From: Gemmatimonadaceae bacterium
GTDB taxonomy: Bacteria > Gemmatimonadota > Gemmatimonadetes > Gemmatimonadales > Gemmatimonadaceae
Assembly (NCBI GenBank): GCA_045803545.1
Contig: JBJMOW010000004.1
Coordinates: 320,001-384,000, forward strand
DNA: 64,000 nt
Direction: 5' to 3'
Shown here: one piece after another, positions 18,654 to 28,595 of the stretch
Layout of the letters: each line of letters starts with the position of its first letter
Numbering within the stretch: position 1 is the stretch's first letter
Notes under the pieces: generated by a model
Told to the model about the DNA's origin: nothing
Databases searched by the model: none
The model's input: only the letters and a program-made list of their open reading frames with translations
Program-made: the position numbers and the translations under genes

Positions 18654-19214
18654 TTAACGACTCAGCCGAAACCCTGCCGCGAATAAGAGGGCGATCACCG
18701 TTTTGCCGTCCTGGATTTCCCCCGCTTGAATCTTTTCAAGCGCTCGAAACAACGGCATAGGCTGGGGTTCCAGAAACTCATCCGCCTCATGGTTAGTCTC
18801 GCCGGCGGTCAAACCCGTTGCCATGAAGAGGTGAATCCTTTCATCGGTGAAGCCGGGTGTTGTGTAGATGGTGGTGAGAAATTCGACTTGGTCAGCCGTG
18901 CAGCCGGTCTCCTCCTTTAACTCGCGCGCTGCGCAGTGCTTGGGATCTTCCCCAGCATCCAGTCGACCCGCGGGTACTTCGAGCATGTACCCGCCAGCCG
19001 CATAACGGTATTGGCGAATGAGAAGCACCTGCGGATCGTCACTATTCGGATCACTGAGGAATGGAACGACTGCGCTCGCACCTGGATGCCGAATCATTTC
19101 CAGCTCACCGACCGACCCGTCCGGATAACGCACGCCGTCGACATCGAGCGACACGATGCGACCCGTATAGACGCGACTTGATTTGACGCGGCCCGGCTTT
19201 ACCGGCTCAGTCAT
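18654..19214 (-). CDS. NUDIX hydrolase (ADP-ribose pyrophosphatase-like)
   Basis: EVPAGRLDAGEDPKHCAARELKEETG Nudix box; TPGFTDE. Confidence 0.92.
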   Translation of the reverse strand: MTEPVKPGRVKSSRVYTGRIVSLDVDGVRYPDGSVGELEMIRHPGASAVVPFLSDPNSDDPQVLLIRQYRYAAGGYMLEVPAGRLDAGEDPKHCAARELKEETGCTADQVEFLTTIYTTPGFTDERIHLFMATGLTAGETNHEADEFLEPQPMPLFRALEKIQAGEIQDGKTVIALLFAAGFRLSR

Positions 19215-20565
19215 TCTGAGCTGCGTGGACCCGGAGCTCCCCGAAACCAAGCTGAGAGATCGAATCCTTTATTGCCGCTGCATCTCCCACGATGACGGTT
19301 TGCAGCTGGTCCGGATGAAGATGATTGCGCGCGGCTCGCAATACATCATCCGTGGTCACTTCTCGCACGCGCGTCCTATACGTGTCGTAGTAGTCGGTGT
19401 TAAGCGCGTAGATGACCAGGTTAGCTAACGCGGATGCGATCGCCTGTGTCGTCTCGTAGCGAATCGGGAACACGCCGTCGAGATAGTCTCGGGCGAGTGA
19501 CAACTCTTCCTCTGAAATCCTGTCAGCCCTGATTCGCTCGATCTCGGAGAAAATCTCCCGCAAGGCTGGCGCAGTAACTTCGCTTTGAACTGCGGTCGCC
19601 ACCACAAAAGGGCCCGGTCCACGACGCCAGTCAAAGGAAGATGAGGCACCATAAGTGTAACCGTGCTCCTCGCGCAGATTCATGTTAATGCGTGAGCCAA
19701 ACAAGCCACCGAGCACGGCATTCATCACCATTGTCGGGAAAAAGTCGGGATGCTTTCGCGACAATCCGAGATGACCCACCCGAAGTTCCGACTGCGGCGC
19801 ATCGAGTTTGTTGACGATGTTCACCGCTCGCCCATTCGTCCTTGGTGAAGCAATTAGAGCCCGACCCTGACCGACCCCGGAAGTCCACCGGCCAAACGCT
19901 TTCGAGACGAGATTCCGGGCCATCAGCGGAGTGATTGCGCCCGCGACTACCACGGTAGTCGCACCGACACGATAGTGGCTGCGGAAAAAACTGTCGACAT
20001 CTGCGCGCGACAATCCAGCCACACTCTCCGCCGTCCCACCGTCCGATGTCGCATACCTTGACTCGGGCGCATAGAGAAATTCTGAAAACTTCTCATCTGC
20101 CAGGCCTCGTGGCTCTGTCTCCAGTTGCAGAATTTCAGCGAGGCGTTCCGCTTTGAGCCTTTCGATCTCACGCTCAGGAAAAGCGGGAATGCTGATCGCC
20201 TCACCAAGGAGTGCGGTTGCCTCTTCAAGGCGATCGGCGAGTACAGTCAGCTTAACGACTGCGCTGTCCCACCCCGCAGCGGATTCAACCGCTGTTCCCA
20301 GACGCTCGAATCGCTCATTCAGCTGCGCTCCGTCGAATTCGCGCGTTCCCTCGAGCAGCGCGTCCGCAGTTAGAGCCGCCAGACCTTCCTTCCCGGATGG
20401 ATCGATAGTCGATCCGGCATCGATGACAATTAAAACGGTCACCAATGGCAGTTTTTCAACCGGCGCCACGACCAATCGCAGACCGCTTGGCAGAACTTCT
20501 TGCGTGAAGCTGGGGAACCGATACTCGCGAGGTGCGGATGGTTTAGGCCGAACGGCAGTGACCAT
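19207..20565 (-). CDS. M16B peptidase non-catalytic subunit (no signal peptide)
   Basis: No HxxEH; SRINMNLREEHGYTYG R/Y motif. Confidence 0.88.
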   Translation of the reverse strand: MVTAVRPKPSAPREYRFPSFTQEVLPSGLRLVVAPVEKLPLVTVLIVIDAGSTIDPSGKEGLAALTADALLEGTREFDGAQLNERFERLGTAVESAAGWDSAVVKLTVLADRLEEATALLGEAISIPAFPEREIERLKAERLAEILQLETEPRGLADEKFSEFLYAPESRYATSDGGTAESVAGLSRADVDSFFRSHYRVGATTVVVAGAITPLMARNLVSKAFGRWTSGVGQGRALIASPRTNGRAVNIVNKLDAPQSELRVGHLGLSRKHPDFFPTMVMNAVLGGLFGSRINMNLREEHGYTYGASSSFDWRRGPGPFVVATAVQSEVTAPALREIFSEIERIRADRISEEELSLARDYLDGVFPIRYETTQAIASALANLVIYALNTDYYDTYRTRVREVTTDDVLRAARNHLHPDQLQTVIVGDAAAIKDSISQLGFGELRVHAAQND

Positions 20566-21875
20566 CAGCCCGCACTCACCGCTGCAGCGAGCATCGGCTC
20601 CGACTCGACACCATCGCGTGGGACATACATCAGGCTTGCACGATTCTCCGGGCCCAGCCTCTCGGCGATCAGCGCATTGACACGGTCCGCATTGACCGCG
20701 CGATATGCAGCAGCTTGCTCGTTGATCAACTGCGGTTTCCGGAAATAGGTCGCGAACATCGACAGCCTGTCCGCGCGCTCACCGGCGGACTGAAGCGAGG
20801 AAACCAGGTCAGTTTCAATCAGCGCTATCGCGCGGTCTACCTCGAGCTGAGTTACACCCTCGCTATATACGAGGTCGATTTCGCGCTCGACCTCTTCTTC
20901 CAATTGAGAGGGGCCGATCTCGGGTCGCGCCGTTACGTCGACGACAAGCAAATCATTGCCTTTCGCCAGATCGAAGGTATACGAACCTGCGTCGGATGCG
21001 ATTTGCCGATCGCGCACAAGCGAGCGGTGTAACCTGCTTCCTTTCCTAAGGCCGAGTATCGCCGAGGTGACGCTCGCTGTGTAGTACTCCACGCTTCCGT
21101 ACACGGGCGACCGGAAAGCGAGGAAAAGTCGCGACACGCTCACATTGTCGGAAACTACTTCCCGGCCTGGTCTGCCGAATACTGCCGGAAGATGCATCGG
21201 CGGCAGTGGTGGTTTGCCTTTCCCTTTGGGAATTGGCGCGAAGTATTGGGCAATCAATCGCCGGGCTTCCGCCGATTCGAAGTCTCCGGCAATGGAGAGT
21301 ACGGCGTTATCAGGTGTGTAGTACGTGGCGAAAAACTGCGCGATATCATCAAGCGATGCTTCGGACAGATCCTCCATAGAGCCGATCAACGAGTGATGGA
21401 ATGGATGCGATCTTGGAAAGACGAGCTCCTGCAGCTTCTCGAGCATCGTTCCGTAGGGCTGGTTGTCGACCGCCCAACGTCGCTCATTCTTTACGACGTC
21501 GCGCTGGGTATCGAGCTTTTCCTGCGTCATCGCCGGTAGCAGATCACCCATCCGATCAGCTTCGAGCCAAAGAGCTAACGCCAGCTGATGCGAAGGAACC
21601 GTTTCGTAGTAGTTAGTTCTCTCGAGCCACGTCGATCCATTGAGAGTCCCACCAGCACGCTGAATGAGCTCGAAGTGTTCGTTCGAGCCGACATGCGCTG
21701 AACCCTGAAACAGCATGTGTTCGAACAAATGCGCGAATCCAGTGCGCCCTGCGCGCTCGTTCGCCGAGCCGACGTGATACCAGAGATTCACTGCGACGAT
21801 CGGAGCTGTGTGATCTTCTGACAACGTAACGAACAGTCCGTTGTCTAGCTCGTACGTTTCTATCGGAATTCGCAT
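20565..21875 (-). CDS. M16B zinc peptidase catalytic subunit (no signal peptide)
   Basis: GFAHLFEHMLFQGS, NGST, VVKNERR; start MRIPIE at 21875. Confidence 0.92.
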   Translation of the reverse strand: MRIPIETYELDNGLFVTLSEDHTAPIVAVNLWYHVGSANERAGRTGFAHLFEHMLFQGSAHVGSNEHFELIQRAGGTLNGSTWLERTNYYETVPSHQLALALWLEADRMGDLLPAMTQEKLDTQRDVVKNERRWAVDNQPYGTMLEKLQELVFPRSHPFHHSLIGSMEDLSEASLDDIAQFFATYYTPDNAVLSIAGDFESAEARRLIAQYFAPIPKGKGKPPLPPMHLPAVFGRPGREVVSDNVSVSRLFLAFRSPVYGSVEYYTASVTSAILGLRKGSRLHRSLVRDRQIASDAGSYTFDLAKGNDLLVVDVTARPEIGPSQLEEEVEREIDLVYSEGVTQLEVDRAIALIETDLVSSLQSAGERADRLSMFATYFRKPQLINEQAAAYRAVNADRVNALIAERLGPENRASLMYVPRDGVESEPMLAAAVSAG

Positions 21876-21925
21876 TGTCGTAAATTGCCCGCCATGCAAA
21901 GTCTCTGGAACCCCCTCGTTTTTAG

Positions 21926-22753
21926 ATGACTGCTGCTCTCTTCGCTGTTGCACTTCTGATCGGCTCTATTCTGCTGTTGTGGCGATCACAGGAGCGCATC
22001 CTGTTCCAGCCACGGCCTTTGGAAGAAGATGCACCGGAGACCGGCCGAATCAGTTACGAAACCGTCGATGGACAACAGCTATCGGGTTACCTGATCGGCG
22101 ACCCGCGTCACGCTCCGGGCGTGCTGATCTGCTTTCATGGTAACGCCGACCTATCCGTATGGCAGATCGACTGGGCACGTACAATCGAAAGACGAACTGG
22201 TTGCGCTGTATTCCTGGCTGAGTACCGAGGCTACATGTCGCTCGGCGGCAGGCCAACGTATGCCACATCCAAGCTCGACGCGCGCGCGGCTTACGACCAC
22301 ATGAGAATTGCTTATGGCGTAGATCTCACTCGGGTGGCGTACTTTGGACATTCGCTCGGCAGCGGTATCGCAGCAGAGCTGGCCGAAATTCATCCTCCGC
22401 GATCGTTGTTGCTTCAGTCGCCTTTCACGACCGCGCAGGCAATGGCGAGACTGATCGTATGGCCTCCAATCACCTATATCTGGAAGCTTTTCTCGCGAAT
22501 TCATTTCGACACTACAGCAATCGTGTCTGAGATCGACACCCCCGTTTGTGTCGCTCATGGCAAGCATGACCGGATCGTACCTTTCAGAATGGGGATGGAA
22601 GTCTACGAACGCGCGAAACGCAAAGGTGCGCTGCTCGTGGTCGATCGCGGGGGACACAGTGATCTTCCCCAGGTGGCGGGAGAAGACTATTGGCGTTGGG
22701 TTAGCGACAGCTTACAGCCATTGCTTGTCGCCGATAAAACAAAACGGGCGTGA
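21926..22753 (+). CDS. Alpha/beta hydrolase (ABHD13/BEM46-like) with N-terminal membrane anchor
   Basis: ATG 21926 and TGA 22751-22753 lie on the + strand (ORF track label is wrong); FHGNA, EYRGY, GHSLG, HGKHD, GGH. Confidence 0.9.
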   Translation: MTAALFAVALLIGSILLLWRSQERILFQPRPLEEDAPETGRISYETVDGQQLSGYLIGDPRHAPGVLICFHGNADLSVWQIDWARTIERRTGCAVFLAEYRGYMSLGGRPTYATSKLDARAAYDHMRIAYGVDLTRVAYFGHSLGSGIAAELAEIHPPRSLLLQSPFTTAQAMARLIVWPPITYIWKLFSRIHFDTTAIVSEIDTPVCVAHGKHDRIVPFRMGMEVYERAKRKGALLVVDRGGHSDLPQVAGEDYWRWVSDSLQPLLVADKTKRA

Positions 22754-22768
22754 TTCGTCACACCCGTT
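22743..22768. terminator. Hairpin between convergent genes, probable terminator
   Basis: AACGGGCGTGA-TTCG-TCACACCCGTT; T-rich tail on minus strand. Confidence 0.65.
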
Positions 22769-22794
22769 CTGCTTCATCTTCCCCGTTCCCGCGT

Positions 22795-24231
22795 CTACTG
22801 AATCGGCTGACCGCTGATGTCACGAATGGTAATCGGACCTACGTTCGTCGACTTGAGCGCTTGCTCGATTGTCTTGCGATCTCCAACGATCACGATCGCC
22901 AGAGATGACGGGTTGATGTACTGCTGCGCCACTCGATTCACGTCAGCTTGAGTTACGGCTTCGACATTTTGCACATACGTATTGTAGTAATCGAGCGGCA
23001 AGTTATAGAGCGCTACAGGCACGAGCGCAGCCGCTATATCACGCGTCGTTTCGAAGTTCTCTGGAAGCTGCAGTTGCAAGTACCGTTTGGCACGGGACAG
23101 CTCGTCGGCTGGAATTGTCTGGCGAATGTTGTTCAACTCCTTCAGGAATTCGATCAGCGCGGAGTCGGATTTCGCAGACACGATCTCGGCCGACGCGGTG
23201 AACGGACCCGCTGCGCGTCGCATGTCGAAGCGTGAGCCGGCACCGTAAGTGTAGCCCCTCGCTTCCCGCAAATTCTGGTTGAGTCGGCTCGAGAACGACC
23301 CGCCAAGGATGGTGTTCATGACCGTCAACGCGAAATAATCCTTTGTCGAACGGGGTACTCCGACAGACCCGATTCGGAAAGACGACTGCGCCGCACCCGG
23401 CTTGTCGATCAGATAGATCATAGTGCCACCTACCTTTGGCGGCTCAGCATAATTGAGCGGCGTCACGTTGCCGCGCTGCCAGCTTCCGAACAGAGAATTG
23501 ATTTTCTGCTCGACCTGCGCCGGATTTACATCGCCAACGACTATCATCGTTGCGTTATTCGGCTTGAAGTTCGTTTGGTAATAGGATTGGAGATCCGCGG
23601 TGCTGAGGCTGGTTACCGATGTCTCTGTCCCAATCAGCGGTGCGCCATAGGGGTGTCCGGCACCATATAGAATTGCGGGAAACGCCGTGTTGGCAATCGC
23701 CGGCCCCTGGTCCCGCAGCTGAAGCAGTTCGGTCAGTCTGTTTTTCTTGATGCGATCGAACTCGTTGGCAGGAAAAGATGGATTCAGTGCAACATCCGCG
23801 AACAGCGCTAGAGCGCTGTCCAGCTGCGCTGTTGGCGTGTGAAGGGAAAGAGTCGTCGATTCCCAACTGGCCTGCGGGAACAAGCTGATTCCGAGAAATG
23901 AGCTCTGATCGGCGATGTCGAGACTCTTTCTGGTCGCCGTACCCTCGCGCAGCATCTGAGCGGTCAGATTGGCAACGCCGCCCTTTCCACCTGGATCGGC
24001 AGTTCCACCGCTGCCAATCACCAGCGTGAAATCAGCAAGCGGCAATTCGTGCTGTTCGACAATCATCAGCTTCAACCCGTTCGGTAGTTCTCGGGTGATG
24101 ATTGGCGGTAGCGACACCCTCGGCGGAGGACCTAGCTCGGGTGGTTTGGTTCGATCGAAAGTCCCTTGAGGCAAAAGCGGTAAAGCGATTAGAGGCAATG
24201 CCGCGATGGCGACAACTATGGAGTGCTTCAT
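22795..24231 (-). CDS. M16B peptidase non-catalytic subunit (signal-peptide-like N-terminus)
   Basis: No HxxEH; SRLNQNLREARGYTYG; MKHSIVVAIAALPLIAL N-terminus. Confidence 0.88.
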   Translation of the reverse strand: MKHSIVVAIAALPLIALPLLPQGTFDRTKPPELGPPPRVSLPPIITRELPNGLKLMIVEQHELPLADFTLVIGSGGTADPGGKGGVANLTAQMLREGTATRKSLDIADQSSFLGISLFPQASWESTTLSLHTPTAQLDSALALFADVALNPSFPANEFDRIKKNRLTELLQLRDQGPAIANTAFPAILYGAGHPYGAPLIGTETSVTSLSTADLQSYYQTNFKPNNATMIVVGDVNPAQVEQKINSLFGSWQRGNVTPLNYAEPPKVGGTMIYLIDKPGAAQSSFRIGSVGVPRSTKDYFALTVMNTILGGSFSSRLNQNLREARGYTYGAGSRFDMRRAAGPFTASAEIVSAKSDSALIEFLKELNNIRQTIPADELSRAKRYLQLQLPENFETTRDIAAALVPVALYNLPLDYYNTYVQNVEAVTQADVNRVAQQYINPSSLAIVIVGDRKTIEQALKSTNVGPITIRDISGQPIQ

Positions 24232-25616
24232 CGATCGCCTCCAGCGCCAGCTGCGGAAGTAAGCATCATCTCTCTCTTTCCCTCTGGGACTACGGTAAGA
24301 ACAATTTTCGGCTTGCCGAGATAAGTCCGCGCTACACGCTGGATATCCGCAGCCGTTACGCGGTTATAGCGAGCGACATCCTGCTGCACAAAATCGGGGT
24401 TGCCGACAAAGTAGTTGTAATTGTTCAGAATTTCGGCCTTGCCCAGAACGCTGGACAGCTCGTCCAGGAACCCGGATTTGTAAACGTTTTGTGCCCGCTG
24501 CAGCTCGCGCTGGGTAACGCCGTTGCCGATTATGTTCGCGATTTCATCGCGAACTACCTTGTCGATATCTGCGACCTTCTGGCCTGGCTTCGGAGTCACA
24601 GTTACCCTGAACAATCCATCGAGCCGTGAGCCATTCTCGAAGGCGCTGACGCTTTGTGCCGTCTGCAGCTCGTAAACGAGCTTCTTATAAAGGCGCGAGT
24701 TCTTGTCGTTTGCGAGAATCTGCGCCAGTAGATCCAGCGCAGCATCATCCGGTGCGAAGTTCTTGACTGAGTGCCACGTGTAATACACACGTGGCAGCTG
24801 GACCTTGTCCTCCAGGACGAGAAACGTGTCACGAGGAATCGTCACAGCCGGCACGGTCGTGCGACGATTGACTGCAGGTCCACGCGGAATATCCCCGAAG
24901 TACTGTTGTACGAGTTTTTTGACTGTCGCCGGATCAAAATCCCCAGCGATGGCAATCGTGGCGTTGTTTGGAGCGTAGTACGTCTTGAAGAAGTTCTGCA
25001 CATCGGTGAGTGACGCAGCACTCAGATCCGCCATCGATCCGATAACGGGCCATGAGTAGGGGTGGGCCTTTGGATAAAGCGCCGCCAGAATCGTCTCGCT
25101 CGCTCTTCCATACGGCACATTGTCGACACGCTGCCGGCGTTCGTTCTTCACCACGTCCCGTTGGAGATTCACCTTCGGCAAATCCATTGTCGGCAGTAGA
25201 AATCCCATGCGATCGGCGTCCAGCCACAGGGCCAGGGGGAGGGCGTTGGACGGAAGCGTCTCGTAATAGTTGGTGCGGTCCTCGGTCGTCGACCCGTTGT
25301 TATTGGCACCGGCTGCTTCCAGCATTTGGTCAAACGCTCCGACCGGCACGTGCTGCGAGCCCATGAACATGATGTGCTCGAACAGGTGCGCGAAGCCTGT
25401 GCGGCCGGGTAGTTCATCACCCGAGCCGACGTGATACCAGGTATCGACGGCAACGATTGGAGTGGAATGGTCTTCGTGCAGGATTACCTCGAGACCATTG
25501 GCGAGCTTGTACTTTTCGAACGGGATTCGCGGTATGGCCTGAGCGCTGAGTGGCGCGGCCAACGCCGTCAGCGCCATTAAGTAGCTTAGCGCGACTAAAG
25601 TTGGACTTTTCCTCAC
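24228..25616 (-). CDS. M16B zinc peptidase catalytic subunit (exported)
   Basis: GFAHLFEHIMFMGS; GTG 25616 after GAGGAG; signal peptide ending LSA-Q. Confidence 0.92.
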   Translation of the reverse strand: MRKSPTLVALSYLMALTALAAPLSAQAIPRIPFEKYKLANGLEVILHEDHSTPIVAVDTWYHVGSGDELPGRTGFAHLFEHIMFMGSQHVPVGAFDQMLEAAGANNNGSTTEDRTNYYETLPSNALPLALWLDADRMGFLLPTMDLPKVNLQRDVVKNERRQRVDNVPYGRASETILAALYPKAHPYSWPVIGSMADLSAASLTDVQNFFKTYYAPNNATIAIAGDFDPATVKKLVQQYFGDIPRGPAVNRRTTVPAVTIPRDTFLVLEDKVQLPRVYYTWHSVKNFAPDDAALDLLAQILANDKNSRLYKKLVYELQTAQSVSAFENGSRLDGLFRVTVTPKPGQKVADIDKVVRDEIANIIGNGVTQRELQRAQNVYKSGFLDELSSVLGKAEILNNYNYFVGNPDFVQQDVARYNRVTAADIQRVARTYLGKPKIVLTVVPEGKREMMLTSAAGAGGDR

Positions 25617-25677
25617 TTTCTCCTCGGAAGAACGGTAGCCTGCGCGATTAGACACGCCGAAGCTGCGAATGGCTTGA

Positions 25678-26301
25678 TCACATTTTCCGCTCGAAGAAGA
25701 ACGCGAGCGGAGCCTTGATCGACTCGCTAAAGATATACTTCCAGCGCTGTTCACGGTTTGGCTCGATCGGACTCGTGCGCGTCGGAGATGTATAGGGTAT
25801 AAACCCGAACCGCCGCGCCAGAATCCGCAGCCTCAACATGTGAAACGGGTCGCTGACCAGCAGTGCCGACTGCAGACCGCGCGCTTCGAGCATTCCAGCT
25901 ACCGCACGCATCGACTCACTGGTCGTTCTACCTTCCGTCTCCATCAGGATGACGGTGTCCGGCACCCCGTGTTTGATCGCGTATGTTCGCCCCACCGCAG
26001 CTTCGCTGGTGGTATCCCGTTCTCCGGTCCCGCCCGTCAGGATCAGTAGTTGACCCAGGTGCTTATGCCAAAGGTCCAACGCATGATCCAGCCTCGCGCG
26101 CAAAACGGGCGACGGCTTGCCCGCATATTGGGCCGCTCCGAGCACGACGATCGCACTGGCCGGGCGCGCTTCGTCGCGTGAGCTCCACACCATTACGGCA
26201 GCGGCCGAAATCAGCCAGAACGCGAACGCCGTCAGGACGAGAATCGTGAGAATTCGTCTGACGATTGTGAGTGCGCGCTTTGCCTTTGCCGATCGCTTCA
26301 C
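25678..26301 (-). CDS. YdcF/DUF218 (ElyC/SanA-like) family protein
   Basis: AIVVLGAA, RARLD, LTGG, SEA, VSDPFHMLR. Confidence 0.9.
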   Translation of the reverse strand: MKRSAKAKRALTIVRRILTILVLTAFAFWLISAAAVMVWSSRDEARPASAIVVLGAAQYAGKPSPVLRARLDHALDLWHKHLGQLLILTGGTGERDTTSEAAVGRTYAIKHGVPDTVILMETEGRTTSESMRAVAGMLEARGLQSALLVSDPFHMLRLRILARRFGFIPYTSPTRTSPIEPNREQRWKYIFSESIKAPLAFFFERKM

Positions 26302-26315
26302 CCGTGGAAGCTACG

Positions 26316-27698
26316 CTAGAAACTGCGCGTGGTGTGAGGTTCGGGACACTCGACGCTGTATCCATGCGCGACGAGTGCCGTCTTGAACTCGTCCTGCACC
26401 GGTGCCTCCCCATGCACCAGCCAGACCGGTCCGAGGCGCGGTGATTTCTCCTTTACTCGAGCAAGCCAGGCGATCATCTCCGTACGATCCGCGTGAGCGC
26501 TGTAGCCGTCGATTACCTCGACGTGAGCGTGAAGCGCTACATCGTCTCCGAATATGTGCAGTATCGGCTGTCGCTCGACGACCCGTCGGCCAAGAGTGTG
26601 CTCTGCCTGAAATCCCACCACCAGAATCGTGTTGCGGGGATCGCTCGCACCTTGCGCGAGGTGATGCAGAATTCGTCCGTTCTCCATCATCCCGGACGCA
26701 GCGATGATGATCATGGGCCCGTGAGCGCGAGACAGCGCCTTGGATTCTTCGACGTCACGAGTGTAATGCAACAGCTCGAAGCGGAAGAGTTCCTTCGCCT
26801 TCTGCACCATTTCCTCAGAGTGATCGAATGCCTCGGGGTGCATCTCGAACACGGTCGTCGTATCGATCGCCAGCGGACTATCGACATAGATCGGAATCGC
26901 AGGAATTGCTCCTTCGCGCACCAGACCGTGCAGCGTGTAGATCATCTCCTGCGTTCTCCCGACTGCAAATGCCGGTATCAGCACACGGCCGCCTCGAGCC
27001 GCGGTGTCGCGAACGACTTGCGCCAGCTGGGTCCGCGCTCCCTCAACGGATTCATGGTCACGGTTTCCGTAGGTTGATTCCATGATCAGCGCGTCCGCGC
27101 CTTCCGGAGGGGTCGGATCCCGTACGATCGCCAGTCCGCTGCGCCCTATATCACCCGAGAAAACCAGCCTTTTCGTTTCCCCGTTTTCGGTGCAATCGAG
27201 TTCGACTGACGCCGAGCCAAGAATGTGGCCGGCATCGACGTACGTGGCTCTGACTCCCGGAACTACATCGAATGGGCGGTTGTAGGGGACACCAACCATC
27301 AGATCCATGGTTCGCACCGCGTGGCGCATCCCGTAGAGCGGCTCGATGAAATCTTTTCTTCGTTTTGCTAGAAACTCCGCATCTTTTTCCTGAATGTGTG
27401 CGGAGTCAGCCAACATCACCGCCGAGAGATCACGTGTAGCGGAGGTTGCCCAGATCGTTTTGGAGTATCCTTCAGCGATCAGGAACGGAAGGCGGCCCGA
27501 GTGATCGATGTGCGCATGAGAGAGAACGACAGCATCCAGCTTCTCGATCGGAAGTGGAAGTTGGCGATTCTTCTCTGCCGTTTCCTGCCGCCTTCCCTGG
27601 AACATGCCGCAGTCGAGAGCGACAGTGTAGCCGTTGACGTGAAGGAGATGACAGGAGCCAGTGACTTCGCGGGCGGCTCCGACGAACGTTATCTCCAA
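26316..27698 (-). CDS. Beta-CASP metallo-beta-lactamase ribonuclease-like protein
   Basis: GAAREVTGS, SHAHIDHSG, AGHILGS, ESTYG, PAFAVGRTQE, SAHAD, VHGE. Confidence 0.93.
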   Translation of the reverse strand: MEITFVGAAREVTGSCHLLHVNGYTVALDCGMFQGRRQETAEKNRQLPLPIEKLDAVVLSHAHIDHSGRLPFLIAEGYSKTIWATSATRDLSAVMLADSAHIQEKDAEFLAKRRKDFIEPLYGMRHAVRTMDLMVGVPYNRPFDVVPGVRATYVDAGHILGSASVELDCTENGETKRLVFSGDIGRSGLAIVRDPTPPEGADALIMESTYGNRDHESVEGARTQLAQVVRDTAARGGRVLIPAFAVGRTQEMIYTLHGLVREGAIPAIPIYVDSPLAIDTTTVFEMHPEAFDHSEEMVQKAKELFRFELLHYTRDVEESKALSRAHGPMIIIAASGMMENGRILHHLAQGASDPRNTILVVGFQAEHTLGRRVVERQPILHIFGDDVALHAHVEVIDGYSAHADRTEMIAWLARVKEKSPRLGPVWLVHGEAPVQDEFKTALVAHGYSVECPEPHTTRSF

Positions 27699-27702
27699 TC
27701 CG

Positions 27703-27879
27703 CTATCCTTCTCCTACTGCATCACGCTGAAAGAGCAGGGTCACTCGCTGCTCATCCTGCGACATGAGAGCAGGCTCCCACCCACCTCTACTTCTCTCGT
27801 TGAGTAGGTCGGTGAGCGTATCCTCATCCTCGCGGGTGTGGCGAGTGAGCTTGACGACCACAGCCTGGTATTCTTTCAT
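27703..27879 (-). CDS. 58-aa small protein, DUF4177-like (not in ORF track)
   Basis: MKEYQAVVVKLTRHTREDEDTLTDLLNERSRGGWEPALMSQDEQRVTLLFQRDAVGEG; EY..V...LN....GWE...F.R pattern; ends 4 nt before the next start. Confidence 0.7.
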   Translation of the reverse strand: MKEYQAVVVKLTRHTREDEDTLTDLLNERSRGGWEPALMSQDEQRVTLLFQRDAVGEG

Positions 27880-27942
27880 CGGAAAATGGAGATTTGAGCC
27901 GGTGACTATCTACAGTTTCAGTGCCGGATTTCTGGGGCGGGA

Positions 27943-28593
27943 ATGATAGAGCGCGTAAAGGAATTCCCTTCGCTGACTATTATCCGGCATCCACTCGTTC
28001 AGCACAAGCTGACGATTCTGCGTGATCAACAGACAGATACGAAGCGCTTCAAGGAGCTCGTCGACGAGATAGCAATGCTGATGGCTTACGAAGCGACGAG
28101 CGAGCTGCCGCTCGACCCTCGAGAAGTCATAACTCCTCTCGAAACAGCCACCGGCTGGCATATCAGCGGCAAGAAACTCACTCTGGTTCCCATCCTGCGC
28201 GCTGGCCTGGGGATGGTCGAAGGAATTCTTCGCCTCGTACCTTCGGCTCGCGTCGGTCACATTGGACTCTATCGCGACCATGGAACCCTGCAACCCGTCG
28301 ACTACTACTTTAAAGTCCCGGGCGATACCTCCGAGCGCGATTTCTTTCTGCTCGATCCGATGCTGGCGACTGGAGGAAGTGCAGCAGCCGCCGTGTCGTC
28401 ACTCAAACGCGCTGGCGCGACACGAATTCGCTTTCTCTGTCTGGTCGCCGCACCTGAGGGCGTCCGTCGGCTCAGCAGCACACACCCTGACGTCCAGATT
28501 TACTGCGCTGCTCTCGACCGACAGCTGAATCAGCAGGGGTACATTCTGCCCGGACTCGGCGACGCGGGCGATCGGTTATTTGGAACGCGGTAG
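27943..28593 (+). CDS. upp: Uracil phosphoribosyltransferase
   Basis: [43 protein letters not shown]. Confidence 0.97.
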   Translation: MIERVKEFPSLTIIRHPLVQHKLTILRDQQTDTKRFKELVDEIAMLMAYEATSELPLDPREVITPLETATGWHISGKKLTLVPILRAGLGMVEGILRLVPSARVGHIGLYRDHGTLQPVDYYFKVPGDTSERDFFLLDPMLATGGSAAAAVSSLKRAGATRIRFLCLVAAPEGVRRLSSTHPDVQIYCAALDRQLNQQGYILPGLGDAGDRLFGTR

Positions 28594-28595
28594 GA

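Noticed and set aside
21926..22753. ORF track lists the alpha/beta hydrolase on the minus strand
   Set aside because: ATGACTGCTGCT at 21926 and TGA at 22751 read on the + strand; label error.
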